Below are positions 29,036 to 36,999 of a stretch of 64,000 bases of DNA, in pieces (positions within the stretch are counted from its first letter, which is position 1; every line of letters starts with the position of its first letter). The stretch comes from Candidatus Woesearchaeota archaeon. GTDB lineage: Archaea; Nanobdellota; Nanobdellia; Woesearchaeales; UBA10216. Location: contig JACPMZ010000010.1 in assembly GCA_016185705.1 (NCBI GenBank), forward strand, positions 913 to 64,912, given 5' to 3'. The notes beneath the pieces are model-generated. The model was not told where the DNA came from, did no database searches, and saw only the letters and a program-made list of their open reading frames with translations. The translations under genes were made by a program, and so were the position numbers.

Positions 29036-30160
29036 TTGAAACAATCCAACAAAACAGAATCAGCACTGTACGCAGCGCTTGCACTGGCCGCGGCAATATC
29101 GCTCCTGAATGTTTTTATCCTGCAAATCCGTGCAGAGCAGGTCAGCGAAGCAAAGGAAGCTGCGGAAGAGCTGGCAAGGCCGGCAGACATAGAAGCGACT
29201 AAAATACTGCTTTCCGGCTGCGAGGAATGCTTTGACATTCAAAATGCCTTGGAAGAGCTTAAGAAGCAAAACGTCAACCTGCTGACTGAAAAAAGCCTTT
29301 TCATTGAAGATGAAGAAGCTAAAGAGCTCATACGCCGCTACGGGATTGAAAAAATCCCTGCGTTGGTAATCTCAGGCGAGGTAAACAAGACAAGCCAGCT
29401 AGCCGCCTATTTTGAAAAAACAGGCGTTATCTCAGGCGACGGAACAGCAGTGTACACGAACATAAAACCGCCATACTACAACACAACTGCCAAAAAAGTG
29501 GTTGGAAAAGTAAGCGTTCTGAACATCGTTGACTCCCAATGCGAAACATGCGCGTCATTAAGCCAGGTAAAAGAATCGCTGAAACAGGCAGGGGTTGTCA
29601 TAACAGAAGAAAAGACTTATGAGTATTCCTCGCCGGAAGGGCAGGAGCTTATTGACAGGTTCAACGTGAGCAGAGCGCCTGCGCTTCTGATATCAGCAGA
29701 AGTCAACCATTACGCCGGAGTGGGAAGCCAGTTGCAGCAGCTGGCAGAAGAGAAAAGCGGCTTTTACGCCCTTCACTCCACCTCTCCGCCTTACAGAGAT
29801 CTGCAGCAGGACAGAATCGTTGGAGAGGTAACGCTAATCCTGCTGAAAGACGGTTCCTGCGCAGAATGCTACGATGTGAAAATCAACAAGCAGATATTAC
29901 AAGGGTTTGGAGTTGCGATAACAGAAGAGGAGACCTATGACGTTTCGTCAGAAGAAGGGCAGGCTTTAATCGCAAAATACGGCATAGAAAAAGCGCCTGT
30001 AATACTCATGTCGCCGGACGCTGCGCATTATCCGGCGCTTGCGCAGGCATGGAAAAGCGTCGGCACAGTGGAAAGTGACGGGTGGCATGTTATGAGAAAG
30101 CCGGAAACTCTGGGAACTTACAAGGAGCTGGAAAGCGGAAAAGCAGTGCAGGCAGGTTAG
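29036..30160 (+). CDS. Exported protein with three thioredoxin-like CxxC repeats
   Basis: N-terminal TM; CEEC, CETC, CAEC each followed by L-I-x-x-[YF]...P repeats. Confidence 0.8.
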   Translation: MKQSNKTESALYAALALAAAISLLNVFILQIRAEQVSEAKEAAEELARPADIEATKILLSGCEECFDIQNALEELKKQNVNLLTEKSLFIEDEEAKELIRRYGIEKIPALVISGEVNKTSQLAAYFEKTGVISGDGTAVYTNIKPPYYNTTAKKVVGKVSVLNIVDSQCETCASLSQVKESLKQAGVVITEEKTYEYSSPEGQELIDRFNVSRAPALLISAEVNHYAGVGSQLQQLAEEKSGFYALHSTSPPYRDLQQDRIVGEVTLILLKDGSCAECYDVKINKQILQGFGVAITEEETYDVSSEEGQALIAKYGIEKAPVILMSPDAAHYPALAQAWKSVGTVESDGWHVMRKPETLGTYKELESGKAVQAG

Positions 30161-30236
30161 AAAAATTGAGCCAGACCATAGCTTAGGCAGGAATGCCCGC
30201 CACCCTTTGATTTAATTGTTTCATATTGATGGAAAA

Positions 30237-30710
30237 ATGAATGAAAGCGACAAAAAGAAATCCGCAGTTGTAGCAGCGTTTGCGCTGTTCCTTGCAGCCG
30301 GCATTGCCTACATTGCGTTCACAAACGAGGAAACGCAGCCGGATTACGAAACTCCTCCGCCTGAAAAAGTGGTTGAGCAGTATTTCACTGCATGGAACGA
30401 CAAAAACTATCCTGACATGTATGCAGCCATATCAGACGGCTTCAAGAAGATAGAGCCTACCGCGAATGATTTAAGGGCGTTTAAAAGCTATGCCGAATCC
30501 CAGAAAATAAGCAATGCCAGAGTGCTGTCAGTGAATGAAGTTTCAAACGACGGCAAAACAGCTGCCGTCAGCTACTCTGTTGAATTTCTGCTTGCAGGCG
30601 GAACAAAAAGCAGATTTGACGGGACTTTTACATTGAAATACAGGGAAGGGGATGTAATTCCGGGATGGAAGCTGATACACCCTTACGGCGAAAACATAGA
30701 CGCTTCATGA
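30237..30710 (+). CDS. Membrane-anchored NTF2-like hypothetical protein
   Basis: TM, PEKVVEQYFTAWN helix, beta-rich end with GWKL. Confidence 0.7.
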   Translation: MNESDKKKSAVVAAFALFLAAGIAYIAFTNEETQPDYETPPPEKVVEQYFTAWNDKNYPDMYAAISDGFKKIEPTANDLRAFKSYAESQKISNARVLSVNEVSNDGKTAAVSYSVEFLLAGGTKSRFDGTFTLKYREGDVIPGWKLIHPYGENIDAS

Positions 30711-31477
30711 TGACTCCAAACATTCGCAATGCACGGCAGAAGAATAAACCGAAAACTGGTAACGCTGAAAAAATCGTGACATCATTTATCGTATTGGCTG
30801 TGCTCGCAGCTGCACTCTCATTTTTTTACGTTTCAAAATCGCTGTTTTTTCCAGGCGAAGGGGGCGGAGGTCAGCAGCAGACAAGCCATTTCTCATCCGC
30901 GGGCTTTACCGCTTTTGACGTTGAACTCGCCAAAAAGCTCATGGACAAAGACAGCGACGGCAAATGCGACAGCTGCGGGATGGACTTGGAATTCTGCATA
31001 CAAAGCGGGCAGCTGCAGTGCAGCATGGACCCGAAATCAACCATTGGCGTTTTGGACACCACAAAGGAAAAGCACCACTACCACGCAGATTTCAAAGTGT
31101 ACATTAGCGGCGAAGAAATTGACTTCAGCCAGCAGAAGTATTTTGTCAAAAGCAGGTTCATCCATGTTGAGAACGACGTTCAGGGCGATTCAGGAAAGGT
31201 TCTGCACATGCACGCCTCCGGAGTCCCCTTGTGGGTGTTCTTTGAAAGCGTTGGGATGAAATTCAACGAAAGCTGCTTTGTCACGGACGGCAGGGAAGCG
31301 CACTGCAACAACAATGGCAGAACATTAAGCTTTTACACAAACGGAAAACAAAATCCCGAATACGAAAGCTACGTTTTTCAGGATGGCGACAGGATTCTGA
31401 TAAGCTATGGAAGCGAAAATGGGGAAGAAATAAAAAAGCAGCTTAGTTCAATAACAGATTTTGCAAAAAACCATTAG
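30707..31477 (+). CDS. Membrane-anchored Cys-rich protein with HxH-family domain
   Basis: DGKCDSCGM...C...C, HHYHADF...FIHVE...LHMHA, GDRILISYG. Confidence 0.78.
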   Translation: MMTPNIRNARQKNKPKTGNAEKIVTSFIVLAVLAAALSFFYVSKSLFFPGEGGGGQQQTSHFSSAGFTAFDVELAKKLMDKDSDGKCDSCGMDLEFCIQSGQLQCSMDPKSTIGVLDTTKEKHHYHADFKVYISGEEIDFSQQKYFVKSRFIHVENDVQGDSGKVLHMHASGVPLWVFFESVGMKFNESCFVTDGREAHCNNNGRTLSFYTNGKQNPEYESYVFQDGDRILISYGSENGEEIKKQLSSITDFAKNH

Positions 31478-31481
31478 TAAA

Positions 31482-31943
31482 ATGATTAATGCGAAAAAGC
31501 TTGTAACAGAAAAGGCAGCCGCGCTCTCAACCTCCCTGTCAGGAGCGCTGAGCTTCATGGGCGGCTACCAGGTGTGCCACAACATCTGCCTTGGAATAAT
31601 AGCCCTTCTGTCAATAGCAGGCATAACGCTGGTTGGCATGCCCCTCCTGTTCCTTACCAGGGTAGCAGTACCGCTTTGGACAGCCGCTTTTGCGCTGTTC
31701 CTCATAACCCTGGCCATTAGCTTCATAAAGAAGTGCATTCCTAAAAAGATTATTGTATTGAACGCCGGAATCCTGATTGCAGGAGTCCCGTTTGCCCCTG
31801 TACAGCCCTACGCCCCGCTCTTATGGATAACAGGCGGAAGCATGGCAGCTTTAAGCATTCTTTTTTACATCCGGGCAAAGGTTAACAAAAGCCGCGCAGG
31901 TAAGCGGAAGGGGAAAACATTCAGCAGCAGCATTGGCACTTGA
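31482..31943 (+). CDS. Small membrane protein with CHNIC motif
   Basis: Four hydrophobic segments; end of operon. Confidence 0.7.
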   Translation: MINAKKLVTEKAAALSTSLSGALSFMGGYQVCHNICLGIIALLSIAGITLVGMPLLFLTRVAVPLWTAAFALFLITLAISFIKKCIPKKIIVLNAGILIAGVPFAPVQPYAPLLWITGGSMAALSILFYIRAKVNKSRAGKRKGKTFSSSIGT

Positions 31944-32098
31944 GCTTGAAGGCAACTCATTAAATAAAGTGCGCCGCACCAGCCAATTTCCGCCTTGCAG
32001 CGCTTAACAGGCGGCTTCAGCTTTATGCACTCCAAAAAGCAGAGTGCCATTAAAAACATAAAGTATTTAACCATCACCTTTTGCCGTAACAGGCAGCA

Positions 32099-32692
32099 AT
32101 GGTCGCCTGCACGGACTGCGGTAAGGAATTTGATTCCAGAATGAGCATGGAGCAGCACTATGCTGCGAAGCATGCAAAGCAGAAGCCTGTTTCCCCATAA
32201 TCTAAGAAGTCAAAAAAGAAGCCGATTATTGCAGCGCTTTTGCTGATAATTGTTTTGGGTTCAGGATATTTCATGTTTTTTAACAGTTCAGGGGAAAAGC
32301 CTGTTATTGAGCAAGCTGATGTTGCAGATGTTAATCTTGATGAAGTTCCAAAAGGCCCTATTCACTGGCATCCTGAGCTTACTGTCATTATTAAGGGAGA
32401 GGTTCAGAACATTCCAAGAAATCTGGGTCTTGGAAGTGTGCACAAGCCGGTTCACACGCATGATGACGTTCCAGTGCTTCACTATGAGAACAGCAGGCCG
32501 ACTGCTGAAACTGTCACGCTTGGCTACTTTTTCAGCGATGTGTGGAGAAAAACTTTTAACAGCCAATGCATTTTCAGTTACTGCAGCGGAGCAGAAGGCA
32601 ATCTGTCAATGACGGTTAATGGCAAGCCCAATTTTCAGTTTGATAATTACATCCCGAAAGACGGCGATAAGATAGTGATTATGTTTGGATAG
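32099..32692 (+). pseudogene. C2H2 zinc finger + TM + HxH-domain gene interrupted by an in-frame TAA
   Basis: MVACTDCGKEFDSRMSMEQHYAAKH...VSP*SKKSKKK continues in frame into ORF 32240-32692 (IHWHPEL, VHTHDD); stop at 32198-32200. Confidence 0.72.
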
Positions 32693-32785
32693 GCTGTGCT
32701 GATAAGCTTCCCCAACGTGTTGTTAAGTTTTCGGCTGTTACCAAATACTTTAAGCAAACGATAATGCGCAGTAGTAGCAGATGCA

Positions 32786-32817
32786 GCTCAAAGCCAAAAC
32801 ACTGCCGCCCGCAGATT
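32786..32817 (+). repeat. 32-bp direct repeat, copy 1
   Basis: GCTCAAAGCCAAAACACTGCCGCCCGCAGATT, identical to 34360-34391. Confidence 0.9.
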
Positions 32818-32883
32818 TAACAGAACGCATTTACGGAAAACTTTTTAAAGAAAAAGCGCATCGCGCACAAAGGGTGATAACTG

Positions 32884-33663
32884 ATGATAGAGCACGACAA
32901 GATGCACCACAAGGCTAAGGGTGAAACTGAAAGTATTGTAAAGATTAAGAGCGAGGAGGAAGAGACTTTCAAAATTAAGAAAACAACGTTGTGGCAGGGA
33001 CTCTCAGCAGTTTTGGGGGTGCTTCTTGCGGTATCCATTTTTACAGGCGGTTTTGGTTATGGCAATGGCTCTGAAGGCAGCGTCGCTGTCAGGGAGCCTG
33101 TTGCAGCTCAGCCAAGCGCTCCATCTCCCACTCCGACTGTTGATGTCCAGATTGGCGATGCCCCTGCTCTTGGTGACGAGAACGCTCCTGTGACATTGAT
33201 TGAATTTTCAGACTTCCAGTGCCCGTTTTGCGGCAGGCACTTTTCGCAGACTCATTCGCAGATAAAACAGCAGTACATTGACACTGGAAAAGTAAGGTTT
33301 GTTTACAAGCATTTCCCGCTTGATAGCATTCACCCGCAGGCAACGCCTGCAGCTCTTGCCTCTGAATGCGCCCGCGAGCAGGGCAAGTTCTGGGAATACC
33401 ATGACCTGATTTTCCAGAACCAGCAGTCTCTTGGAGATGCAAGCTACAAGCAGTGGGCATCCCAGCTCAGCCTTGACACAAACAAGTTTAACGGCTGCTA
33501 TGACAGCCAGAAATACATTGAGCGTGTAAGGAGCGACCTTCAGCAGGGCACTGATGCAGGCGTTCGCGGCACTCCGGGCTTCCTGCTGAATGGCGTAGCC
33601 ATAAGCGGCGCTCAGCCGTTTGATGTGTTCCAGCAGGCAATTGAGGCAGCGCTTTCGGGCTGA
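32884..33663 (+). CDS. DsbA family thiol-disulfide oxidoreductase
   Basis: TM anchor, EFSDFQCPFC, KHFPL, GVRGTPGF, GAQPF. Confidence 0.92.
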   Translation: MIEHDKMHHKAKGETESIVKIKSEEEETFKIKKTTLWQGLSAVLGVLLAVSIFTGGFGYGNGSEGSVAVREPVAAQPSAPSPTPTVDVQIGDAPALGDENAPVTLIEFSDFQCPFCGRHFSQTHSQIKQQYIDTGKVRFVYKHFPLDSIHPQATPAALASECAREQGKFWEYHDLIFQNQQSLGDASYKQWASQLSLDTNKFNGCYDSQKYIERVRSDLQQGTDAGVRGTPGFLLNGVAISGAQPFDVFQQAIEAALSG

Positions 33664-33792
33664 TTGGGTGTATGGCAACAGTTTTTCCTGTTGCCCGGCT
33701 CATTTTTTATTCTTTCTCCGTGGAGAGAACAGAAAGTGGGCAGCGCAGTAACTGGCTTACGTTACCGTTTATCAGATTCAGAGTCGTTCAAA

Positions 33793-34323
33793 ATGGTGGG
33801 CAGCGCTGATTTCAGGCTTCGTTGGAACTTCATTAAAGGAGTGTTTGCCAGCCGGGCTTATGCGCTGCTTTTTGCTGTTTTGCTGGCTGCTTACCTTGGC
33901 GTCAACTTCTGGCTTAACAGGTTTTATGAAACTTTGCCAAATCTTCTCAGCTTCCGGCTTTCAGTGGTTGTGCCTTATTTGGCAGGGACATTTCTCGTAG
34001 GGCTGCTTGTTGCCCTTAACCTTACCTTGATAATTTACAAGCTGAGGCAGGTCATGATGCTGGGGAAAGAGGTTGGCGTAACCGCAGCCGGAGCTTTTGG
34101 GGGAGTGCTTGGAGGAGCCTGCCCTGGCTGCTTTGTCGGCGTTTTTCCTGCTGTGGCAGGGCTGTTTGGCGTTACTGCAACGCTGAGCTCTCTTCCTTTT
34201 CTTGGTTTTGAGATTCTGATTCCAGCGCTGCTGATAGCTCTGGTTGCGCTTTACCTTGTTGCAAAGCCGCTTACCTGTCAGCCGGAAACCTCAGAGAAAA
34301 ATGAACAGCACAGAAAGAATTGA
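33793..34323 (+). CDS. Membrane protein with GACPGC motif
   Basis: Four hydrophobic segments, GGACPGC, terminal C. Confidence 0.72.
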   Translation: MVGSADFRLRWNFIKGVFASRAYALLFAVLLAAYLGVNFWLNRFYETLPNLLSFRLSVVVPYLAGTFLVGLLVALNLTLIIYKLRQVMMLGKEVGVTAAGAFGGVLGGACPGCFVGVFPAVAGLFGVTATLSSLPFLGFEILIPALLIALVALYLVAKPLTCQPETSEKNEQHRKN

Positions 34324-34359
34324 GATAAGAAAAGCTCATGTGTACGTTGCGCTGCTACT

Positions 34360-34391
34360 GCTCAAAGCCAAAACACTGCCGCCCGCAGATT
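34360..34391 (+). repeat. 32-bp direct repeat, copy 2
   Basis: Identical to 32786-32817. Confidence 0.9.
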
Positions 34392-34409
34392 GAACAATAA
34401 GCTACAATA

Positions 34410-34553
34410 GGCCTTATTGAAACGTTCACGCAGCCTCACTCTGTTGCTGGCTTCCCTTCCTGCTTTTTCCCTCCCTTAAATATTCAGGGGAGGGAAAAAG
34501 CAGGAAGAACGGCGGGATAAACGCAGCGGTAAAGTGAACTTTTCAATAGCACC
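34410..34553. mobile_element. MITE-like element, family A copy 4, central palindrome 34456-34507
   Basis: TIRs GGCCTTATTGAAACGTTCAC / GTGAACTTTTCAATAGCACC; flanks CTACAATA / CTCCAACA (6/8); 138/144 identical to 61030-61173. Confidence 0.85.
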
Positions 34554-34609
34554 CTCCAACAGAAAGAAATAAATAAGAGTTGGAACCTTTGCCAGTGAAA
34601 GAGGTTAAA

Positions 34610-35083
34610 ATGCGGATACACTTTTACATTTTAGGGTTGTTGGCTGTTCTGCTTGCTGGCTGCAGTCCTGCACCTCCGGAAGTTGGCGGTGAAGGCGCTG
34701 AAGCAGCGCAGGTTCCTGCAGGTCTTGGTGATGATGCTGTAGAGGAGACTGTAGTTGTAGAAACGCCTGAAGAGGCTCCTGAAATCATTGCTCCTGATGC
34801 TCAGCCGCAGGCAAAACAGTTCACAATGACTGCAAGGCAGTGGGAGTTTGACCCTGAAGTGATAAGGGTTAACAAGGGCGACACTGTAAGGTTATTGGTA
34901 AAAAGCATTGACGTTGCTCACGGCTTTGCGCTGCCTGATTTTGGTGTTAACGAGCGCCTTAGCCCAGGGCAGACTGTTGAGGTTGAATTTGTTGCTGACA
35001 AAGCAGGAACCTTTACCTTCTTTTGCTCTGTTCAGTGCGGCGCCGGGCACAGCAGCATGAACGGGCAGCTCATAGTTGAATGA
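34610..35083 (+). CDS. Cupredoxin-domain lipoprotein with CuA-type ligand set
   Basis: LLAGC lipobox; DVAHGF and CSVQCGAGHSSM. Confidence 0.88.
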   Translation: MRIHFYILGLLAVLLAGCSPAPPEVGGEGAEAAQVPAGLGDDAVEETVVVETPEEAPEIIAPDAQPQAKQFTMTARQWEFDPEVIRVNKGDTVRLLVKSIDVAHGFALPDFGVNERLSPGQTVEVEFVADKAGTFTFFCSVQCGAGHSSMNGQLIVE

Positions 35084-35526
35084 TGGCACCTATTGAACGC
35101 TACAAAAGTTACGCTCCGGCGCTTGTAAGAATAGCAGTCAGCCTTGTCTTCCTGTGGTTTGGGGTAAACCAGCTTGTTAATCCGGAGTCGTTTCTTGGCT
35201 ATGTTCCAAACTGGCTGCATCCTCACGCTGCCGAAATGCAGCACGCCCATCCGTTGCAGCTCCTGCACAACATTTCAGGGCTGGCTCATTGGCTGATAAT
35301 GGGCAATGGAATTTTTGAGACAACATTCGGGCTTCTTTTGCTTCTGGGCTTTTTCACACGGCTCAGCGCACTGCTGTTAAGCATCCATCTGGTTGCAATA
35401 GCGGCAGGCCTTGGCTACAATGACATAGCAGTGAGAGACTTGGGATTGGCTGCTGCGGCATTTTCGGTTTTTCTAAACGGCCCTGACACGCTTTGCATTG
35501 GCAAAAGGCTAAAGAAAGCATCTTAA
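35080..35526 (+). CDS. DoxX family membrane protein
   Basis: LVRIAVSLVFLWFG, E...GLLLLLGFFTR, VRDLGL; His-rich loop. Confidence 0.85.
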   Translation: MMAPIERYKSYAPALVRIAVSLVFLWFGVNQLVNPESFLGYVPNWLHPHAAEMQHAHPLQLLHNISGLAHWLIMGNGIFETTFGLLLLLGFFTRLSALLLSIHLVAIAAGLGYNDIAVRDLGLAAAAFSVFLNGPDTLCIGKRLKKAS

Positions 35527-35786
35527 ACTATGTCTTCTTCCGATACGACCAGAAAATCTCCGATTGCGAGCACTGAGCTGAACGGGATAAGTATGCTTCC
35601 TGCATCGTCTTTCTCAAGCTCCAGCTTCTGGATGTACTGCGTGGGGTTTGAAAGCACCAGGTGAATTAGTTCGCCGGAGCGCGTTTCAAAAACTATGTCT
35701 CCGACTTCGCCGAACCTTCTTCCGCTTTTGCTGACTACAGTTCGCCCTATCAGTTCCTTAGAAAACTTTTTTTCGTCTTCAGGCAT
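35523..35786 (-). CDS. PRC-barrel domain protein
   Basis: SKELIGRTVVSKSGRRFGEVGDIVFETRSGEL...IPFSSVLAIGDFLVV; start at ATG 35786. Confidence 0.88.
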   Translation of the reverse strand: MPEDEKKFSKELIGRTVVSKSGRRFGEVGDIVFETRSGELIHLVLSNPTQYIQKLELEKDDAGSILIPFSSVLAIGDFLVVSEEDIV

Positions 35787-35916
35787 TCTGCTCACGTTAC
35801 CATTTAAAAATGCTAATAATTCCCCTGTTCCAGCCATTTCCGGAAGCAAGCTACTATTTATATTTTGTGGAAAAGGGTTGAAAACCTTTATATTGCTTCT
35901 GAAATTCCGGTGTTTT

Positions 35917-36876
35917 ATGGAAAGCATGATTTGGGCTGAGAAGTACCGCCCAAAGGATTTTGCCGGCATTGTCGGCCAGCAGGAGATTGTCAAGCGCGCC
36001 ATGGCGTTTGTTGAGAAGGGAAACATGCCGCATCTGCTGCTTGCAGGCCCGCCCGGCGTCGGCAAAACAACTCTGGCTCTGGTTATTGCGAAAAAGCTGT
36101 ATGGCGATAGCTGGAGAAGCAATGTTCTGGAGCTTAATGCTTCCTCTGAGCGCGGCATTGACGTTATCCGCAGCACTGTCAAGGATTTTGCAAGAACCAA
36201 GTCAATAGGAAATGCGCCTTTCAAGATTTGCATTCTGGATGAAGCGGATTCGCTTACCAGGGAAGCTCAGCAGGCAATGCGCAGGACTATGGAAAGCTAT
36301 TCTGCCACGTGCAGATTTATTCTTTTGGCAAATTACAGCTCAAAGCTTATTGAGCCGATTCAGAGCAGGTGCGCTGTTTTCCGCTTTAAGCCGCTGTCAA
36401 GCGAGCAGCTGATTAAGATTATTGACAGCATCAGCAGCAGCGAAAACATTACGATTGACAGCAAAGGAAAAAATGCGATTATTGAAGTCAGCGAGGGCGA
36501 CTGCAGGAAGCTTGAAAACGTTATGCAGAGCTGCGCTGTGCTCACCAATAATGTTACGGATGAGACTGTTTATTCAATCGCCAGCGCAGCCAGGCCTAAG
36601 GAAATCAAGGAAGTCATCGCGCTTGCATTGGCCAATAAGTTTGTTGAGGCAAGGTCCAAGCTTCTTGACACCATGCTCAGCCATGGCCTGGCCGGGCTTG
36701 ACATTATCCGCCAGATTCAGCGCGAAATCCTTGATTTGCAGCTTGACAACAGCAAAAAAATGGCTTTGATAAATGCCTGCGGCGAGATTGAATTCAGGAT
36801 GAGCGAGGGCTCGGATGAATTCATCCAGCTTGAAGCGCTGCTCAGCCAGTTTGCTCTGGCAGGGGAAAAAAGCTAA
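35917..36876 (+). CDS. rfcS: Replication factor C small subunit
   Basis: WAEKYRP, GPPGVGKT, LELNAS, DEAD, PIQSRC; no intein. Confidence 0.96.
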   Translation: MESMIWAEKYRPKDFAGIVGQQEIVKRAMAFVEKGNMPHLLLAGPPGVGKTTLALVIAKKLYGDSWRSNVLELNASSERGIDVIRSTVKDFARTKSIGNAPFKICILDEADSLTREAQQAMRRTMESYSATCRFILLANYSSKLIEPIQSRCAVFRFKPLSSEQLIKIIDSISSSENITIDSKGKNAIIEVSEGDCRKLENVMQSCAVLTNNVTDETVYSIASAARPKEIKEVIALALANKFVEARSKLLDTMLSHGLAGLDIIRQIQREILDLQLDNSKKMALINACGEIEFRMSEGSDEFIQLEALLSQFALAGEKS

Positions 36877-36913
36877 AGTGCAGCCACGCGCCGCTTCTCT
36901 TTTGCATCAGCCA

Positions 36914-36962
36914 TTTCCACTTTTACCCTCCCTTAACTTTTAAGGGAGGGTAAAAGTGGAAA
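36914..36962. repeat. Family A central palindrome, copy 5 (TIRs not recognisable)
   Basis: TTTCCACTTTTACCCTCCCTTAA-CTT-TTAAGGGAGGGTAAAAGTGGAAA, perfect 23-bp stem. Confidence 0.85.
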
Positions 36963-36999
36963 GCGGTGGAAAACAAGCGCGGCGAAATCAAAAAGAATT

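Noticed and set aside
29009..29040. Selenocysteine read-through at GGC-TGC-TGA, in frame with the next ORF
   Set aside because: In-frame continuation has a one-in-three chance, and no SECIS-like element or Sec machinery is visible in the window.
31951..32048. Possible further element bounded by GGCAACTC...GAGTGCC
   Set aside because: Weak inverted match, no target duplication and no family A core.
17782..32692. Stop-codon reassignment explaining the internal TAG (18022) and TAA (32198)
   Set aside because: Two different codons are involved, and conserved genes in the window terminate normally at TAA, TAG and TGA; point mutation or sequencing error is simpler.
35695..36233. Long N-terminal extensions of the PRC-barrel ORF (to 36233) and rfcS (from 35695)
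   Set aside because: They would overlap each other head to head; homologous-looking sequence begins at ATG 35786 and ATG 35917.
36914..36962. Family A palindromes as ordinary intrinsic terminators
   Set aside because: No 3' U-tract on either strand, one copy lies between divergent genes, and most are embedded in TIR-bounded elements; a secondary termination role is not excluded.
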